Below, piece after piece: positions 53,620 through 64,000 of a stretch of DNA of 64,000 nucleotides. The position numbers and the translations under genes were made by a program. The notes beneath the pieces are model-generated. The model saw only the letters and a list, made by a program, of their open reading frames with translations. It had not been told where the DNA came from and ran no database searches. This DNA is from Lama guanicoe (taxonomy: Eukaryota), in contig MU054187.1 of NCBI GenBank assembly GCA_013239625.1, positions 4,537,757-4,601,756 on the forward strand. The letters run 5' to 3'. Numbering within the stretch: the first letter of the stretch is position 1; each line of letters opens with the position of its first letter.

Positions 53620-53901
53620 CGACAACAGCGGGATTATCCAGGATAATCTGCACGGACCTGATCCCATCAGTTAAAAGGATTTCAGAGCCAAACTGGGGCT
53701 TCCCTGAAAAGAAAGAAATTTGCCTGTGGGCTGCTGCTTCAGCTCCTGCACAAGAGTTTCTCGTTTTCCTGAGCGTTCTACAGGCTTCGGAATTGCAGTG
53801 TACGTCAATTCTCAGCGATAAGTTATCGATGTATCCATCCATCTATTATCTGTCTGTCTTCTACTGAGTCCGTTTCTTTGGTGGAACCCTAATTGATATA
53901 G
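53620..53901 (+). mobile_element. MLT2 LTR fragment
   Basis: ggataatctg..ggacctgatcc.atcagttaaaagg...gtttctttggtggaaccctaattgata. Confidence 0.7.
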
Positions 53902-54985
53902 TAAGGAAGTACAAATTGATGGCAACATATCAAAAAGACATAGCAGCAGACTTGCAAGAGGTGTCTACTGACTCAGATGGGAATTTAGGGCATCAAAATA
54001 AATAATGGATTATAACTCACTGAAGAAAATACGAATCTTTGTGTCTACACTAACACAAATAAATCAATGAATAAACATAAGTTAAGTGGGAAGATAAGAA
54101 AGATTGTCCTTGCAGTAGAATGCCAACTAACAAACATAAAAGAAATAGTGTGGTTATAAAATCCTCAACGGATGCTAAAACTGATGATTAAAACATCAAT
54201 GGACGTAAAGGTTGATGAGGAACCAGATAAACACAAAGGTTCCCAGTATCTCCTCATGGATTATTAATTATAGAGAAAAATAGTAACTTTATAGTGGAGG
54301 ATCATGCACACAACATCTTAAATGAACAAAGTCAACACCATGAATATTGGGACACACCAAACACACACACCTCTTGATAAGGCGCATTCAGAGGGACACA
54401 TCACGGCTTCTGTGGTATGGCAGACAATATTCACAATAGCATCTAATCATGAAGAAATAGCCAAAGCCAAAATGAGGAGGATTCTGTACAATAGTGCCTG
54501 TTCTCCTTGAAATGGCCATGAAGATCTTTAAAAGGCTGAGGGGATTGGCTGGGGATAGAAGAGACTAAGTTAGCGTGACAACAGAATATTTGTAATCCTG
54601 GATTACATCCTACATAAGAAAATAAAATTAGCTACAAAGGACACTGTTGGGATGATTGACAATGTTGTCTGTAGATCAGATAATAGTGGGGCGTCGATGT
54701 TAGATTTCCCAATTTTTTTAATTGGACTGTGATTACATAGGATAACATCTTTGTTTTTGGGAATTATACATTGAAATAATTAGGAGAGAAAGGAGTCCAT
54801 GTCTTCACATTACCAAAGGCTCAGAAAAATATGCAGGTAGAAATAAATATATAGTGAGAGAATGATAAACGGGACAAAGTGTAAACGATCAGTGAATTTG
54901 GGTAACAGGATAAGAGAGTTCCCAACACTATTCTTGCAATCTGTCCAAAAGTTTGAAATTATCATAAAATTTAAAAGTTACAAAA
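53902..54985 (+). mobile_element. Old L1 (L1MC/ME-type) 3' region
   Basis: gtaactttatagtggag...gggcgtcgatgttagatttcc...tattcttgcaatc..tccaaaagtttgaaatt. Confidence 0.75.
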
Positions 54986-55636
54986 AACCAACAAAACACA
55001 CATAAAGGAAAGCTATGCTGCAAAGATCGCATTTTGCAGTAATAACCACATGAGTATAAATAAAATGGAAAGACGTGAGGCATTATTTCCGTTGAAAAGC
55101 GACCAGCAAATTGGATGAAAGATCAGCGGCCAAGACAAGGCTATTTTCTACGTCCTGGCTCGTCGTTCTAGGCTAACTAGAACGTGAAACCAGAACTTGG
55201 TTTCCTGATCTTGTAAAACTTTGCTACTTGCGTTTTTTTCATGTTCCTGCTTTGCCTTCCAGTCTCTCACTATCTGGAATTCTCAAAACCATTGGTTCCA
55301 ACTGGATCATTTTCCCCAAATGGATTCAGAGTGAAAAAATGATTTCTTTGTATAAACCCCAACAGAAAGCAATCAAATATTTATTATTGCTAAATAGCAG
55401 AATATTCCTCACCAGAAAATGCCTTTTCAGCTCAGTCCCATGTTTTCCTGAGTGGCTTTAGACACTGTAGCTTAAGTAATTTTGGAAGGAATTCTCATCT
55501 CAAATTAGTAAGCAGATGAGAGAAGGTTTATTTTATTTGCAAGGAGCCACTATAATTGGACTTTGAAAAAAGAGGAAAAAAAAGACATGATTATATTGCT
55601 ATGTTGTTGAATTGGAGAGAAAGGGGATGGACTTAA

Positions 55637-56556
55637 ATTTATAATGTCGGTTGAACTTTTCCCATTTGTAGAGACCTCCATTGTGGAAATAAATGAGTTG
55701 TATGTGATTTTGTTTACGTTTCCCCCCAACCTTGGGTTTTCCAATCCCCAATAATTTTTTTTTTCCCAAAGCTGCAATTGCTGAGATAACAAATAATGTG
55801 AAGCATCACGGCTGGTCCTGGCATGTCTCCAACACACAGTCACCTGTCGTGTACACTGATTCCTGCTATAATCAGGCCCCTTCATTCACAGTAGGGTCTG
55901 ACAGCTCTATTGTTTAAAATGTCTGCCGTTAATGGAACAGGCATGAGTTTGTCTGCACTCTAACTGGTTTCCTTGCATATTCTCTATCAGCTTCAGTTAA
56001 GCTGCTATTCTGTGTATCTGATGAGTGATCACTTTTCCCAGAGCCTGGTATTGTCATTAAAAGCCTAATGATATGTCTGATCACAGCTTAGTTAGATGTA
56101 AACATGGATTCAAACACAGTCTTCTAGAAAACACTAGAAAGTGAATTTAATGGGCTCCAGACTAAAGGAGTAGACACAGAATGGTCTTGGTGTCTTTTAA
56201 AATCAAATGCCAGGGCTTAAATGTAACAATAATAACATTTTCCTTTGTTTGGGGAAAACAAGCTTATGGCTAAATTTGTGGTGAAAAAAATTGCCATTTA
56301 AAATATATGTTCAATCTATTTCTCAATATATATGTTCAATATAGTTTCAACATATTACTGACAACGAAAGAAATCTTTTCAAAATCTTTTTATTCTTTCT
56401 CTAAAACCCAATGCTACATAGTAATTAAATGTGGCAAATCTTATGAAATCGATAACAGAGATACAAAACTCTCTTCAGCTAAAAGAAGACTCCAAATGCA
56501 TTCTATAGGTGACCATGAAAAATGGAAAATTACAAGTGCTTACTCTGTTGTTTGAC
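55637..56556 (-). pseudogene. Micro-exon 56556-56544 (13 nt) and exon 55680-55637
   Basis: ttttcag|GTCAAACAACAGA|gtaagc. The next segment joins in phase as VKQQ-M-EVSTNGKSSTDIIN but has a degenerate acceptor (ccacaa) and donor (ttaagt). Confidence 0.45.
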
Positions 56557-57554
56557 CTGAAAATTGTGTGTGATCCTGAAAAGCTCCACTGAGAAAAACT
56601 GGCACAGCCCTGAAGTGACCCAAATGGTGATGCCAAGGAGGCTAAGGAGGCTTTGTGTCAACGCTTACGTCAGTCTCATCTCCCAGCTCTATCTTATTCA
56701 AATTCATGCGTGCTTTGCTAGCATCTTTCACCTGCTGCTGTTTGCATTTGTGGCTGCAACTAGATTTCCCCAGTACTTAATCAAATAGCAGCCTCACTCT
56801 GTTTCTGTAGCCCAGAGAGACCGTGCGATCACGTCTGCACTAGTTTTCCATTGTCTGGTGTTTGGCTGAAGTTGGACCAAGGACCACAGCAAGTTATAGT
56901 GACTGGGCAGAGACCCATCTCGAGAAGAATGTCTTTCCCAGATCCATCTGATCCACCAGCTGCAAAGAGAGATGACAGGTAGATGGATGGGTGGATGGGT
57001 AGACAGTATCTCTCCCAGGACTCCCAGCTCTGATATTTCCAGTCTCCAGCCCATGTACAGAGCCCTTCTGATCCTTGCCCTAAGACCTTCTCATTGCTGT
57101 ATTTTATCAGTAAGCCCTCATCCCTCCCTTACATAGAGCGGAGACTTTATCCCTAATGGATCAAAGAACTTGATAGGCAGTCAAAGGTTACCAACCCAGA
57201 CAATAGGAAGCAAAAAATGTGCATTAAAAAATACCAATGTAGGGTCCTTGAGTCAACCTCTTACGTATCTAGAGGAAGAAAAGGCTTGAGTGAAGAGCCT
57301 CTGACAATCTTACAAGAGACTCTGAAGAGAACTAACGCTGTGGGGACAAGCTTTTAAGAGTGGAGGATGCTAAACACAGCTTCAGAATTCCACCCTTCGA
57401 TCGGCACAATATAAGCTGTTTGACATGGTGTGTTTTCATTCCAAAAAGCACACAGATGAATGGATATGCAGAGAGCTAGGCTTTGTCCTAGACAAGCTTT
57501 CCCTTCCTCTCTTCCTCCTGAGCTGAACCGCAGCATGCTGCCAAAGGGCAACTC

Positions 57555-60250
57555 CTGTGAGGACAGATAAATTTCATCACTTGTAGAAATTAAGCCAATA
57601 TGTAGATGGCAGAACAAACTGGTACGTAGACTCTGCCATGTTTCTAAAAACAACAGTAACAATTGCCCCTGAAACTGCCTGTTAAAATGTGTATAAGTCT
57701 TTCAAAAATAATAGTTAGGAATGCGATTGAATCATCAATTATTTTTGAAAGCCACCTGTTAATTGCCATGACACCTTCTCTGTTGACATAATTTGTTGCA
57801 GTCAGTCAGTCTGTTACCGATGTAATACAATTTTTCATAATTTTTGGAAAAAAGCTTATTAATCTTATTTTATAAATTGCATAACATTTTTAATGTACTT
57901 GGAGAGCTTTCTATCTGAAAAAAAAAGCCCATATTGAGTCCATTTGAAAGGGGGGCACGAAAGTAATGTTCCCAATAAAAACTGCCTACTTTATCTTCTC
58001 CGTATTTTAATATTTGATTGACTCTTTGGAATTTCTTAAAACTAGTTACACCTCTATGAAATAGCATAACCTTACAAGGATGCATGTATATACTGCACAT
58101 GCATGTAATATAGTCACTTATTACAATCTCATAATAAAGTGCACCAATTTAGATATATTCCAAATTGAGTCATACATCCCCACACGTAGAAACCAGATAT
58201 GCTTTGCATGCAGATTGGGAAGATGTGATACACAGCCTGAAGCAACATAAAAATCTTTAAGAGCATGGGTTCTGGCGTCAGCTGTGTTTGATTCCCATCT
58301 CTTTCAGTAGCCTTGGGAAAATGGCTTCTACTTTCCAAGACTCAGTTTCCCCAACTGCAAAATGGGGGAGAGAAATAGCTGTATCCTCAAAGATGTACGG
58401 CGTACAGAAGCACTTTGCACAGGGCAAATCGATCATGACTGAAACGGCAGCGCATCAGTCTGTTCTTGCTGTGATAACGGCACGTGACAACTTTAAAATC
58501 TGAGAGACATGCAAAAACAAACGTTTATGGGTCACTCAGGCTCCCTCCCATTCAGGAGCTGGTTGACTGCTGCTCTGTGAGTCTCAGGCTGCGTCGCAGG
58601 CAGCAGGTGGATGATGGGGCAGCGGGGCATGTCTTATGCTGAGAGCCAGGCTAGAGAAGGGGCCCCTATTCTATATACTGAGAAGGGCAGAAAGTCAAAA
58701 GCAGTGGTAGAAAGTATGAACCCTGTCAGTCTTCATCTGGCCCACGTGGGTCCCATGGCCAAGCCCCAAGTCAGAGGGGCAGGGACACACAGGCCCCCCA
58801 GGAGGAAGACAAGTCACATGCAAAGAGTATGTAAGGAGAATTTTACTCACAGGGAGAAATGAGGGTTTGTGACAATAATACAATTTACAGTGACAAAAAC
58901 AGCTTAATGGAGTTTGGCAAAAAAGGGGAATCTGATAGAAGAGATTATACCGGACCATGTCATATAATCAAAGAAAGGGATGAACTAAATCCAGGCAGGG
59001 CAGACACACAGCTGGTCTTCCAGAACAGCTGGAACGAGAGTCTTGATAACAGCTGGACCTCTGTATCCTTCTCACATCAGTGGGTGTGGGCTTCATTTTT
59101 TCCCCCAAAGAACATTAAATTCCATCACAGGGCAGAAAACATGGCTGTCTCTGGATCCCAAATTTCACATTCTCCCCATAACTGGGAGTGACTCCCTCTC
59201 TTTCCCATTTGTGGTTACAGAAGTCCTGGAGAAGACTATGGACTGACCAAATGCCTGTGTGTTGGCCCAACCTAAATCAGAGGTTCCATCAACTTCAGCC
59301 CAAGCTGGGGTCATTTTCCATTGGGCACGTGATGGAGAAGCTGGTACGGGGACAAAATATAGCGCACAGAGGTATTCAAGAGTTACAAGTTATTTCTAGA
59401 ACAGGCAGCATTTGGCTTTACACATTGAAATCTATTTTTTATGTACAGCAATTTTAAATGCCTGTGTACAATTCTGAATGGCATTTGGAGCCCAGGGTAC
59501 CTAGCTGAGAAGCAGCCTGCTTCAATTGTGAAATAGGTGTGGATGTCACATGGTGGTTGTGAGGGTGAAAAGAGTTAATCCACACACAGTGCTCCAACAG
59601 TGGTCGCCACAGAGCAAACATTCAGTAAATGTCAACTAGTTTTAAGTTGGCCCAGAATGATGGATAGTTGAAATCTGTGTGTATTCTACATATAGAATAT
59701 GCACACATAATTACATATATAAATATACACACACATATTCACACATGTATGTACATACACACACATATGCATATGCATAGACATGCACACTACATGCAGG
59801 GCAAGAATTGTTCTCACACGAAGGAGAAGGCCACCATGAGGTTATTTTGTGCTTGCATCACTGCAGTACTTCCTGGGCCACATTTTACCTCAATGGCCAA
59901 GCAGCAAGGAGGACTTGGAAGGTGCACAGAGGTGGTTGTTCTGCTGTGGGTCCAGATGGCTTCTCTGCATCCTATGTGGCAAGCTTTTGGGTTCACCTTG
60001 AAGGGTGTACAGCAACATCTTTCTCTTGGCAGTGCAATGACCGAGAGGACTAAAAGTCTGCAAAAGCCTCTCTGACTTAGCCAGCTGCCTGCTGCTGGGG
60101 ACACCACAAGAAGGATGCCAGAGTGTCACCCCGCCCTCCACATCTGCGTGCACCACCCTCAAATGACTTATCTTAACGCCTTTCCCAATTTTCAGAATAT
60201 CCACCGTCTCTCTAACACCACTGAAATATTTTTGAAATGACTATTTTTAA
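57555..60250 (-). pseudogene. 5' exon run of pseudogene (exons 60250-60172, 58053-57990, 57914-57818, 57643-~57555)
   Basis: Phases chain 1>2, 2>0, 0>1, 1>. Spliced translation: KNSHFKNISVVLERRWIF*KLGKALRGVTSFKKFQRVNQILKYGEDKIESSPSTLKMLCNL*NKINKLFSKNYEKLYYIETWQSLRTSLFCHLHIGLISTSDEIYLSSQ. Introns of 75 nt (gtaggc..tttttttcag) and 174 nt (gtaaca..tttttag). The donor after 60172 reads ataagt. Confidence 0.75.
58255..58425 (+). mobile_element. MIR SINE
   Basis: ttaagagcatgggttctgg...ctcagtttccccaactgcaaaatggg. Confidence 0.75.
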
Positions 60251-60419
60251 CTAAGATACAGCGACAGAGGGGAAATTAGGAAGACATTTCTGAGGTTTTT
60301 ATAAAAAGTAAATGTTCTAAATTTCTGACAACTTTGCATTAATTAGAAAAATTTCAGCAGCATTTCAATAGTATTCCTTAAAGGAAAAAATAGCTTTGCA
60401 CTGGAGAAGACAGCATCTT

Positions 60420-60626
60420 TCTTTGTGTGTGTGGTAAATGCCTTACACTATTTATGTATCTATTTTTTTAATTGAAGTATATAAATGTGCCAATTTCTGG
60501 TGTGCAGCATAATGTTTCAATCATACATATACATGCATATATTCCTTTTCATATTCTTTTTCATTATAGTTACTATGAGGTATTGAATATAGTTCCCTGT
60601 GCTGGACAGAAGAAATTTGGTTTTTA
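60420..60626 (-). mobile_element. Lineage-specific L1 tail with extra 3' sequence inside the TSD
   Basis: 17-bp TSD ggagaaga(c/a)agcatctt at 60403 and 60627; L1 tail at 60462-60626. Confidence 0.85.
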
Positions 60627-60879
60627 GGAGAAGAAAGCATCTTAAAGCAATTCATGTGGACACGTATGCTCATGTTACCTGAGTAATATCAGTAGTCATG
60701 CTTGGATTATTTACACACTTTTTATTTTAAATATGGAAATAGGAAAATTGCAACAAATGAGACAATACACAGGGTAGCTGTATAGCGTGGTAGTAAAGAA
60801 TATGAACTTCAACATACTCCAGAAATGGGTACAAATTTTAGATCCACTACTTTAAAAATTATCTTTGCTTATTTTTGAC

Positions 60880-63800
60880 ATACTGCAGTGTTTTCAACTT
60901 GATTACTTTCTTAAATTTTTGAAAAATTTTAGACATACCCAAAATAGAACAGTATAGTAAGGGGCTGTATGCCACATGATCGGAAGCATCTCTTAAACAT
61001 ACATTCAATCATGATGCCAATATCACCCTAAGAAAGGGAATAAATCCTCACTCTCATTGAACATGGGCCCCATTCATAAGTTTCCCCAGAAATCTCAAAA
61101 ATGTTTTTTTTCCAGTCAGATTCAAAGCATGATCAAAACAGGAGCCACATATTGCATTTGGTTGTTACATCATTTAGATGTCTTTTTCTTTTAATTACTG
61201 AATTTATAGAATTTGCAGCAAAAATGCACCTTTTTGGTGTACTGTTTTCTGAGTTTTGACAAATGTATGAATTTGTGTGACCACCCCCATAAGACAGGGA
61301 CAGTGCCTGCAAACAATACAGAAAAACTCCCTCTTGCTGCTCTACCACAGTCACACTCTCTCCATCTCTACAACCCCTGAGCTCTCCTCCATCCCTCTGA
61401 TTTTGCCTTTGCCAGCATGTCATACATTCCTGAGTGCCATTCCATTGCTTAGGGACAGGGCAACTTCTGTATCCATTAACCAGCTAAGGGATATTTGGGT
61501 TGTTTCCAGTTTCCTGTTACAAACTTTCACATACAAGTTTTAACGTGAATATTTTCATTTCTCTTAGGTAAACACCGAAGAGTAGAGTTGCTGAATGGTA
61601 TGGTAAGTGCATGTTTAATTTGATAAGAAGTGGCCAAACTACCCTCCCAAAGTGGCGGCATTATTTTGCACTCCCCTACTGGACACGTCTCAGTGTCGCA
61701 GGTGCTCTGCACTCCTGCCGGCGTTTTGTGTCATCACTCTCCGCCACTGCCGTCACTCTGATGGGTGAGTCGTGCCGCATCCGGGTGGTTTTCATCTGTA
61801 TGTCTGAGGATTAAATAATGTTGAGGATTTGTTATGTGCTTTTCCGCCCACCACATATTTTCTTTATAGAAAGCCCTGGCTCAGCACGTGCGCCCCACAA
61901 GGGGTCGCCTGCTCCGCGGGCAGTGGTTTCCGCCACGTGACACCCATGAGGAGAGACTGCAGGAGGAAGAAAGGCGAGTTCCAGCCTGGACCTACTCTCG
62001 GTCACTGGGATTCAAATAAACAGAATGTGCCTGAATTCAAGATTCAACATTCAAATAATCTTCAATATGAAACTCTTTTGCTGAAAATACAATAAGCAGA
62101 AGCCAGAGTTGTTGGGGTTTTTTTAAATCACCACAGGAGATGCCTATGTTTTCTTTTTTTTTTATTTAATTTTTTAGGTAGCGTTCACCAAATTTAAATG
62201 CATATTTTGATAAATTTGGTGACTTTATGCAGTTGAAATCACCACCAAAATCAACCTAACCATTTTCGTCTCGCCTCTGCAGTCAGCCCCTCTTCTCACA
62301 CCTAGTCCCACGCACCCATTATAGCTCTGCCTTTCTTGGAATTCAATATCTATGAAATCATCCATTACTTAGTCTGGGGCACTTAACTTCTTTCACTTAG
62401 CAAAACGTTTTGAGATTCATTCACGTTGTGTATGAACATTTTGTTTTCCATTTTTTGGACAGACTAGTTTGTTTATCCACTCATCAGTGGGACATTCGGG
62501 TCGCTTCTAGTTGTTTGCTATTTTGAATAATGCTGCTATGAACACATATGTACTTACATACATGTTCTTGTGTGAACGTCTGTTTTCATTTCTCTTAGCT
62601 AATGCCTCAGAGTGGAATTGCCGGGTTTGACAGCACAGGTAATGTTTCAACTCGTAAGATACTGCCATGCTGCTTCCCAAGGCAGATGAAACATTTTTGC
62701 AGCCCCACCAGCAACGCGTGAGATTCTGCCGTCTCCACATCCTCACCAGGACTTGGTACTGTCAGTCTCAACTTCTACTCTTCTAGTGGGTGTGCTGTGG
62801 TATCGCATTGTCTTTTTAGCTTAGGTTTCTCTGAGGACTAGTGATGCTGAGCATATTTTCATGTACTTATTGGCCACTGGTATATTATCTTTTATAAAGT
62901 ACCTATTCAAGTTTTTGGTCTATTTTTCAGTCGATTGTTTGTCTTCTTATTATTGAATTGGATGAGTTCTCAATGTATTTCTGATACAAATCCTTGTCAA
63001 ATAAATGTCTTCACAATTATTTTTCTGAATCTAATTGTGGCTTGCTTTTTTTTTTCTTTATTATATCTTTCCAAGAGAAAGTGACTGCATCTTAACGAAG
63101 TCCATTTTACAATTTGTTTGTGTGTTGTAGCTTGGACCTTTTGTGCCCGTTTAAGAAATCTTTACTTAATGTAACATCACAAAGATTTTTTTTCCTGTGT
63201 TCTTTTCGAAGTTTTATAATTTCAGCTCTTACATTTAGGTGATGATACATTTGGAGTTAGTTTGAGTGTGTGGTTTTATTCAATGGTCAAAAAAAATTTT
63301 TTTTCCCCAAGCAGATATCCAATTGTTCCAGCACCATTTTTTGAAAATATTACCTTTCTCTCATTGAATCTGGCCACTTTTGCAAAACAAAACAATTGAC
63401 CATATATGTGTGAATCTATTTGTGGGTTTTCTATTCTGTTCCATTCATTTATACATCTAATCTTACATGTGAACATACTGTCTCCATCACTCTACTTTTA
63501 TAGTAAGCCTTGAAATCAGGCATTATTTAAGTCAACTTTGTTCTTCTGAAATTGTTTCAGCTATTTTGGGTCTCTCCCCCTCCATATAAATTTAGAATTA
63601 GCTTGTCAACCTCTTCAAAAGCAGCCAATTAAGACCTTGATTGGAATTACATTTAATCTACCAATCACCTTAGGGAAGACTGCCAGCTTAATATCAAGTC
63701 TTTCAATTCATAACCACAGTACATCTCTCGAGTATGGCCTTCTTTAATTCCCCTACACAAACTATTCTCCTTATCGGTACAAAGGTCTTGTGTGCCTTTC

Positions 63801-64000
63801 ATTAACTTTATTCCTAAATATATTTGATGCTACTGTAAATAGAATGAGTTTTTTTTTTCATTTTGTAATTGTTGCTGCTATATAGAAATCAATTATTTTT
63901 TATATATGGGCCTTGTATCCAGCAGCCTTGCTAAGTTCACTTATTAGTTCTCATAGCTTGTTTGTAGATTCCTGTAGAAAACATAGAGGTAGGTCGTGGT
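60880..64000 (-). mobile_element. Stack of old L1 fragments (3' UTRs and ORF2 C-terminal region)
   Basis: gatatccaattgttccagcaccattt, ctctactttatagtaagccttgaaatcagg and ORF 63276..63476 (EWNRIENPQIDSHIYGQL, L1 ORF2-like). Non-L1 gap at about 61870-62150. Confidence 0.9.

Larger units (their letters stand above)
14476..60250 (-). pseudogene. Decayed multi-exon gene (candidate unitary pseudogene); product possibly a large S/T/P-rich surface protein with SEA-like modules
   Basis: More than 25 segments bounded on the minus strand by (Y)nAG acceptors and GT(A/G)AG-like donors. Several consecutive runs are phase-compatible and many are phase 1-1 with lengths divisible by 3. Most contain in-frame stops and several splice dinucleotides are mutated. 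Identity is not recognised and the product type is inference. Confidence 0.72.

Noticed and set aside
14476..60250. Assigning a known symbol (e.g. TRCG1-, IMPG- or MUC-family)
   Set aside because: Only short motif-level resemblances from memory; not enough to name the gene.
60300..60720. Possible first/signal-peptide exons (donor gtaaca near 60678; acceptor cctttaag near 60377)
   Set aside because: No consistent start codon or frame; left out of the gene span.
1..64000. CRISPR arrays, operons or other prokaryotic systems
   Set aside because: The sequence is mammalian (L1, MIR, MaLR, SINEs) and I saw no regularly spaced repeat-spacer arrays.

Overview
Mammalian genomic DNA, most likely camelid (alpaca/camel), judged from tRNA-derived Vic-1-like SINEs. 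I find no intact protein-coding gene. The ORF track is mostly chance ORFs, L1 ORF2 remnants and antisense shadows. Much of the window is interspersed repeats: old and lineage-specific L1, MLT1/MLT2 LTRs, an ERVL-type integrase remnant, hAT DNA transposons, MIR and L2. The main hidden structure is a ~46 kb minus-strand array of more than 25 exon-like segments (about 14.5-60.3 kb). They have pyrimidine-rich acceptors, GTRAG-like donors and largely compatible phases, including many symmetric phase-1 exons whose lengths are multiples of 3, but they carry stop codons, indels and broken splice dinucleotides. I interpret this as a decayed intron-containing (unitary-type) pseudogene. It may have encoded a large cell-surface protein with Ser/Thr/Pro-rich segments, weak SEA-module-like motifs and a hydrophobic C-terminus. 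I cannot name the gene. All exon and repeat-family calls are by eye and need alignment confirmation.
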